This document shows, one piece after another, positions 59,522-64,000 of a DNA stretch of 64,000 nt. The notes beneath the pieces are model-generated. The model saw only the letters and a list, made by a program, of their open reading frames with translations. It was not told the DNA's origin and did no database searches. Numbering within the stretch: the stretch's first letter is position 1; every line of letters begins with the position of its first letter. The position numbers and the translations under genes are program-made. Source of the DNA: Blepharisma stoltei ATCC 30299 (taxonomy: Eukaryota > Protista > Ciliophora); NCBI GenBank assembly GCA_965603825.1, contig CBFDEM010000020.1, positions 186,001 to 250,000 of the forward strand, in the 5' to 3' direction.

Positions 59522-61597
59522 ATGGACAATGATAATTACTTGCTTGAGTCGTTTCTTGAAAAATTTTACAATCCAAGTCAGCAGATTCTTCCCAGAGTAT
59601 CAGTCGATACTGTGGTGTCTGGAAACTGCTATATGAAAAATGATGCAATTGAAAGAAATTCTTGGATGATTGCTCTCCCGTCTCATTATCCAATTACGAA
59701 GAAAAGCCAAAGAAAAGTGCGAAGAGGCAAGATCTTATTATTTATTGCCTTAATTATAACTGCTGTGTTCTCAGCACTTTTAGCATTCTTTATAGATGTC
59801 GTAAGTCAAGAATTACTGTTTTTAAGACTAGATTTATTGTCGTTAGCTGAAAGTCATGTCGTAAGTGTTCTTATATGAGTGGCTTACTCTCTTGTCTTTA
59901 GTCTAATTGCTGCTTCATTTGGGGATTGGCTTTGCCAAGCAGCTGAAGGAGCGGGATTTGCTGAATTGCGAGTAATTCTTACTGGTATCGAAATTCCTAA
60001 CTTTTTAGAATGGAAGACCCTTATTGCCAAAACTTTTGGGCTTATTTGTGCAATAGGCGCAGGGCTGAGCATAGGAAAAGAAGGCCCCAATGTCCATATG
60101 GCTTCGATTATTGCGGAAAGAGTTATAAGTTTAGGGCCTTTTAACAAAATTAAAAGAGAAGTGAATTTAAGATATATTTTACTGACAGCTTCAATTGCTG
60201 CTGGGACTGCAGCAACTTTTGGAACTCCTTTAGGTGGCGCAATTTTTGGAATTGAGCTAACAGGGACTTATTTCTTTGTAAACAATTTTTATAAAAGCGT
60301 ATTTTGCAGTTTAGTAACAGCTTACATGTTTCATATTTTACAAAGCTTTGAAATAGTCCCGCAGATAGAAAAGGTTTCTTATGGCCATCATACGTTGTGT
60401 GGAGATTTTTATATTCACATTATTACTGGATTTATTATCGCAATAATAGGTGTCACTTTTGTACAAGCTGTTCAAAAATTGACTAAATTCAGAAGTCAGA
60501 AAATAGTTCCATGGCTATATCATAGATATAGATATGCAGCAGCTATTTCTATATTTACTTCATTGACTACATTTTATGCAATTTGACTTAGGATTAGTGA
60601 TGCAATACTTATAAACTTAATGTTCAGCTCTGATAAGTTGCCTGATAGCTGGGTAGGACCAGAAATTTTAGGCTTACCTGGACAAATCCCAATATTAATT
60701 TTAGTAGCTTTTTTAAAAATTTTGTTACTATCAATCGATATAACAATTCAAGCTCCAGTCGGATTTTTTACACCTTGCATTTGTGTTGGGGCTATTTTAG
60801 GTAGAGTTTTTGGAGAATTTTCCTTGTTTTTAGGCTATCCAACATTTCCAGGTATTTATGCAGCAGTAGGAGCAGCTTCCCTTGCAACATCTACAACTCA
60901 TACCCTTTCAGTAGCCCTTATGATATTCGAAATGATCGAAGATATCCACTTCCTAGTGCCAATGTGCCTAAGTGTTTTTATTTCTTATGCGGTGAGTTCA
61001 TATAGCCATAAAAGTATTTATGATACTCTTATTGCTATAAAAAATCTCCCTTTTCTTCCAATATATAAAAGATGATCAACTAATAGCTGCTGTGCAAGAG
61101 ATGTAGCAGACCCATCAATTCCTTACATTCCAAAATATTGCACACTAAGAGATCTAATTGATGCTCTCAGTGACTCCTCTATGTTTTCAGTCCTTCCAGT
61201 GCTTGATGATGAATTTTATCTTATAGGTGAAATAAACGCACTTAATGTAAAAAAATATTTGTCACAGCGTTTTGAGAATGATACAAGAAATTTATCAACG
61301 AAAGCAAGAAAAACTATATGAAATGAGCTAACTGAGACTCCGCTGTTCATTGAAATGACAGCTGAAGTAAAGCTCCAAGTTGATGAATTTTGGGAGAGTT
61401 CTGTAAACCTGTGATCTGAAACCCTGAAATTTAATACATCGCCTTTGTTTGTTTCGCAGAAGACTCCACTTTATAAGGTTCATTATATTTTTATGATGTT
61501 AGGTCTTGTGCATATTTATGTTGTAGATCAAGGGAAATTTGTTGGGATTATTGCCCATTCATGTTTCTCACATAGGCCTAAAACTGAGGAGTTTTAA
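59522..61597 (+). CDS. CLC-family anion channel with C-terminal CBS domains, copy B, 691 aa
   Basis: Colinear paralog of copy A, same length (2076 nt) and motifs. Confidence 0.92.
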
Positions 61598-61679
61598 TGT
61601 CTCTATTTAGCACCAGCAGATGATTAGTTAAGTAATGTAAATTAATTACTTCAAAATTATTAGTTCTAAAAAACTTTAC

Positions 61680-62741
61680 CTATGTCTTATTTTGCTCATT
61701 CCTTGAGTCTTGGGAATTTTCTCATTGGCTCTCTCCAACTTTATAGCTCTCAGAAAAAAATTTATTTTTTTCAAACAAATTATCAATTTCTTTCAGCTGC
61801 CCTTTCATTTCAGTTAACTTGTGAGCTAAATTTTGTGTATTTATCACACAATCAACGTCATATTTTGCAACTAAAAAATTGTCTTCAAGTTTGACAATTT
61901 CTTTTTTAGGTATTTTTTCTTCTTGTCATAATAAATTATTTAACTGTTCTTTTGTTTTTTTTATTTGCTCAGCTTCATCATTCAGTTTTAGCTCGATATT
62001 ATTCACAGCTGGCGAATAATCCCTTGGTGTAGTATTTGAGCTTTTATATAATTTGGTTAATCCAATGTCCAATTGAATTATCACACACCTTCATAGTAGC
62101 TCTAATACAACAGCTTCTTGATCATTCATGACTTTTAAAAATTTCCCAACAATTTCGTTAAGTTCTGAAAAACTGTTAATTAAGTCTTTCAAATTATCAG
62201 GATTTTCTTTTAGTTTTGCATTTAAGTTGTTCATGCAGTCTCATTTTGGGATTGATTTTCCTCGAATTCTTTCAAAATTCATCCTAAGCCCAGTTTTTAA
62301 AGAATTGAAGTGCTTAAGATGGTTTATTTGATCTTTAAACTGTGTCAACTTGTCTAAATCAATACTTTTTATAGAATTTATTACTTTTGTTCTATTTTTG
62401 CTCAATATAAATTGATTAGAGTCATGCTTGCCAATTTTGGTTAAAGTAAGGCTTTTATCTATAACATTTTTAATAGCAATTCTTTGCGTAAATGACCCTG
62501 CAGGCGAAATACCTACATTTCTTATTTTGTTCGCGATGCTATTTGATTTATTTCCTTTGGATTTGCCTTCTATATAAAAATTTTTGGTATTTGCAGGACT
62601 TTTTGAGGATTCTCTTTTTGGCTTATTAACGTATTGGAAATTCAAGAATTTTGGATGAATTAACTGCTGGGAAGAAGAATCTTCTAAATCAGGAGAATGT
62701 TGCTTCGAATAGCTGTCAAAAGTTTTCCTTACTGATTTCAT
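61680..62741 (-). CDS. Hypothetical protein, 353 aa
   Basis: Track ORF continues through four TGA codons to TAG 61680-61682. Confidence 0.65.
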
Positions 62742-62762
62742 TTTTATTTAATATTAGTTTAA

Positions 62763-63290
62763 TTATAATAATTCAGGATCTAAATCAGATGTGTCTGATA
62801 GATCACTTAGCCCATCCAAGCTAATTTCAGATAATTCCTCATTTGGTTTAATTGAATATTTTTTAACCATTTCTTTGACTTTTTTGTTATAATTTTCTGG
62901 ATTTTTTAGCAATAAACTTGCTGCTTCCATGTTTAAATAAGATAAGGGATTTGGATACATAAGTAATTGAGGTATAAAAGAATCGAAAATATTTCTCAAG
63001 TCAAACATAGGGCTCCAAGTTTGATTGAGAACATCTAAGCATATTCTTCCAGTCTCCTCATTTATATTCGGATGGAAAATTTTATTTTCAAATCTGATAG
63101 ATGGAAATTTATATGGGTAATCAGTTGGGATTTCTATATGAATTTTTCAGTGCCCACCTTCGTATAAAGAATTTGGCGGTCCAAAAAAATCTAAAATCAG
63201 GTCATCCATGGTATCTTTGATGATTTCCACTTTATAATTGCTCATCATAAGGTTAATGACATCAATTTCTTTTCTTTTAGTGGATCCCAT
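62763..63290 (-). CDS. UBC8: Ubiquitin-conjugating enzyme E2, UBC8/UBE2H family, 175 aa
   Basis: KRKEIDVINLMMSNY, YEGGHW(TGA 63147)K, IFHPNI..TGRICLDVLNQTWSPMFDL, PQLLMYPNP, acidic tail. Confidence 0.88.
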
Positions 63291-64000
63291 ATTTATAAGC
63301 TTAAATAGATTATATATTTTTTTGATAAACCGAAATTGATTAATTTTTTGACTAAATAGGATATAAAGAATCAGAGTTTAAAAAGCCAATGATATTAATG
63401 TTTTATTCTGCCTTAAATTTATTATTTCTTACGTATCTATTGTAGATGCTAAATGCCAAATTTCATCTCCTCCTAAGGAAGACGAAATGCTTTAAACTGT
63501 AATTTTTAAGATATGTTCACTGTCTCAATTTTCTGATTTTTGCAATATTTTTTTATTGCCATATCTTAAAATTTAGAGTGGTGTAAAATCAAATTAGACC
63601 AAACTTAGCTAATTTCAGAGTTTCCTTTATCATTAGGTACAATAACTTTGCCAAAGCATCGTCTGAGTCTTTATAAGATTCAGCAATCCGCTGAAAATAA
63701 GCAAGTAACAATAAAATGGTTATTACAATATAAAATTGTAAAGAATTATTTTCTAGTCTTTCTTTTAAGTTATAAATATAATTTAATACTAATAAAATAT
63801 TGCATTCTCTTAGATGCTATATATTTACAGCTCAAATCTGATTTTCTTTGACACTTTGAAGTCTAGAAGATATACTAAAGTTTATTATAATGATTGATAA
63901 CTCAAGTCTTTCATATTTAATAAATGAGATAATCCTACTTCTTGTTAGTATTTTCAATTGCATGATGGTTTCAATATTTCCCAACGAAAATTAAGATTTT

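Noticed and set aside
39-62331. Numerous antisense or alternate-frame ORFs in the track (e.g. 39-392, 4312-4599, 22669-22998, 56927-57229)
   Set aside because: Shadows of well-supported genes on the other strand or frame, with no independent motifs.
1-63290. TGA as selenocysteine or cysteine, or mass pseudogenisation
   Set aside because: TGA aligns with Trp/TGG in conserved motifs and paralogs, never with catalytic Cys.
63600-64000. ORF 63648-63851 or a partial gene at the window end
   Set aside because: TTG start, low-complexity AT-rich translation, and no sustained open frame even with TGA=Trp.

Overview
AT-rich, gene-dense eukaryotic DNA, most likely the macronuclear genome of a heterotrich ciliate of the Blepharisma type (inferred from genetic code and intron size, not from a database match). 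The supplied ORF track is fragmented for two reasons. First, TGA is a tryptophan codon: it sits at conserved Trp positions and aligns with TGG in paralogs, while every gene ends in TAA or TAG. Second, genes carry 15-16-nt spliceosomal introns (13 found, all GTA...TA-NNN-AG). Rebuilding the models gives about 40 protein genes and one tRNA-Leu(CAA). Recognisable products include a rhomboid protease, a membrane-tethered bZIP factor, sphingosine-1-phosphate lyase, a MAK-like kinase, a PTS2 acyl-CoA oxidase, PEX4-like and UBC8-like E2s, an IFI44-like P-loop protein and a 2564-aa IPT/cysteine-repeat multipass receptor. There are five tandem paralog pairs (ADP-ribosylglycohydrolase, small 4-TM protein, OSCA/TMEM63, DUF1295, CLC). 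Most notable: a kelch/Cys-rich membrane gene with three in-frame TAA codons but no frameshift; two CLC channels with a non-canonical GAGFAE filter; a 104-bp identical tract between diverged paralogs; a decayed 2-kb coding-like block; and a 62-bp tandem repeat. All models were traced by eye.
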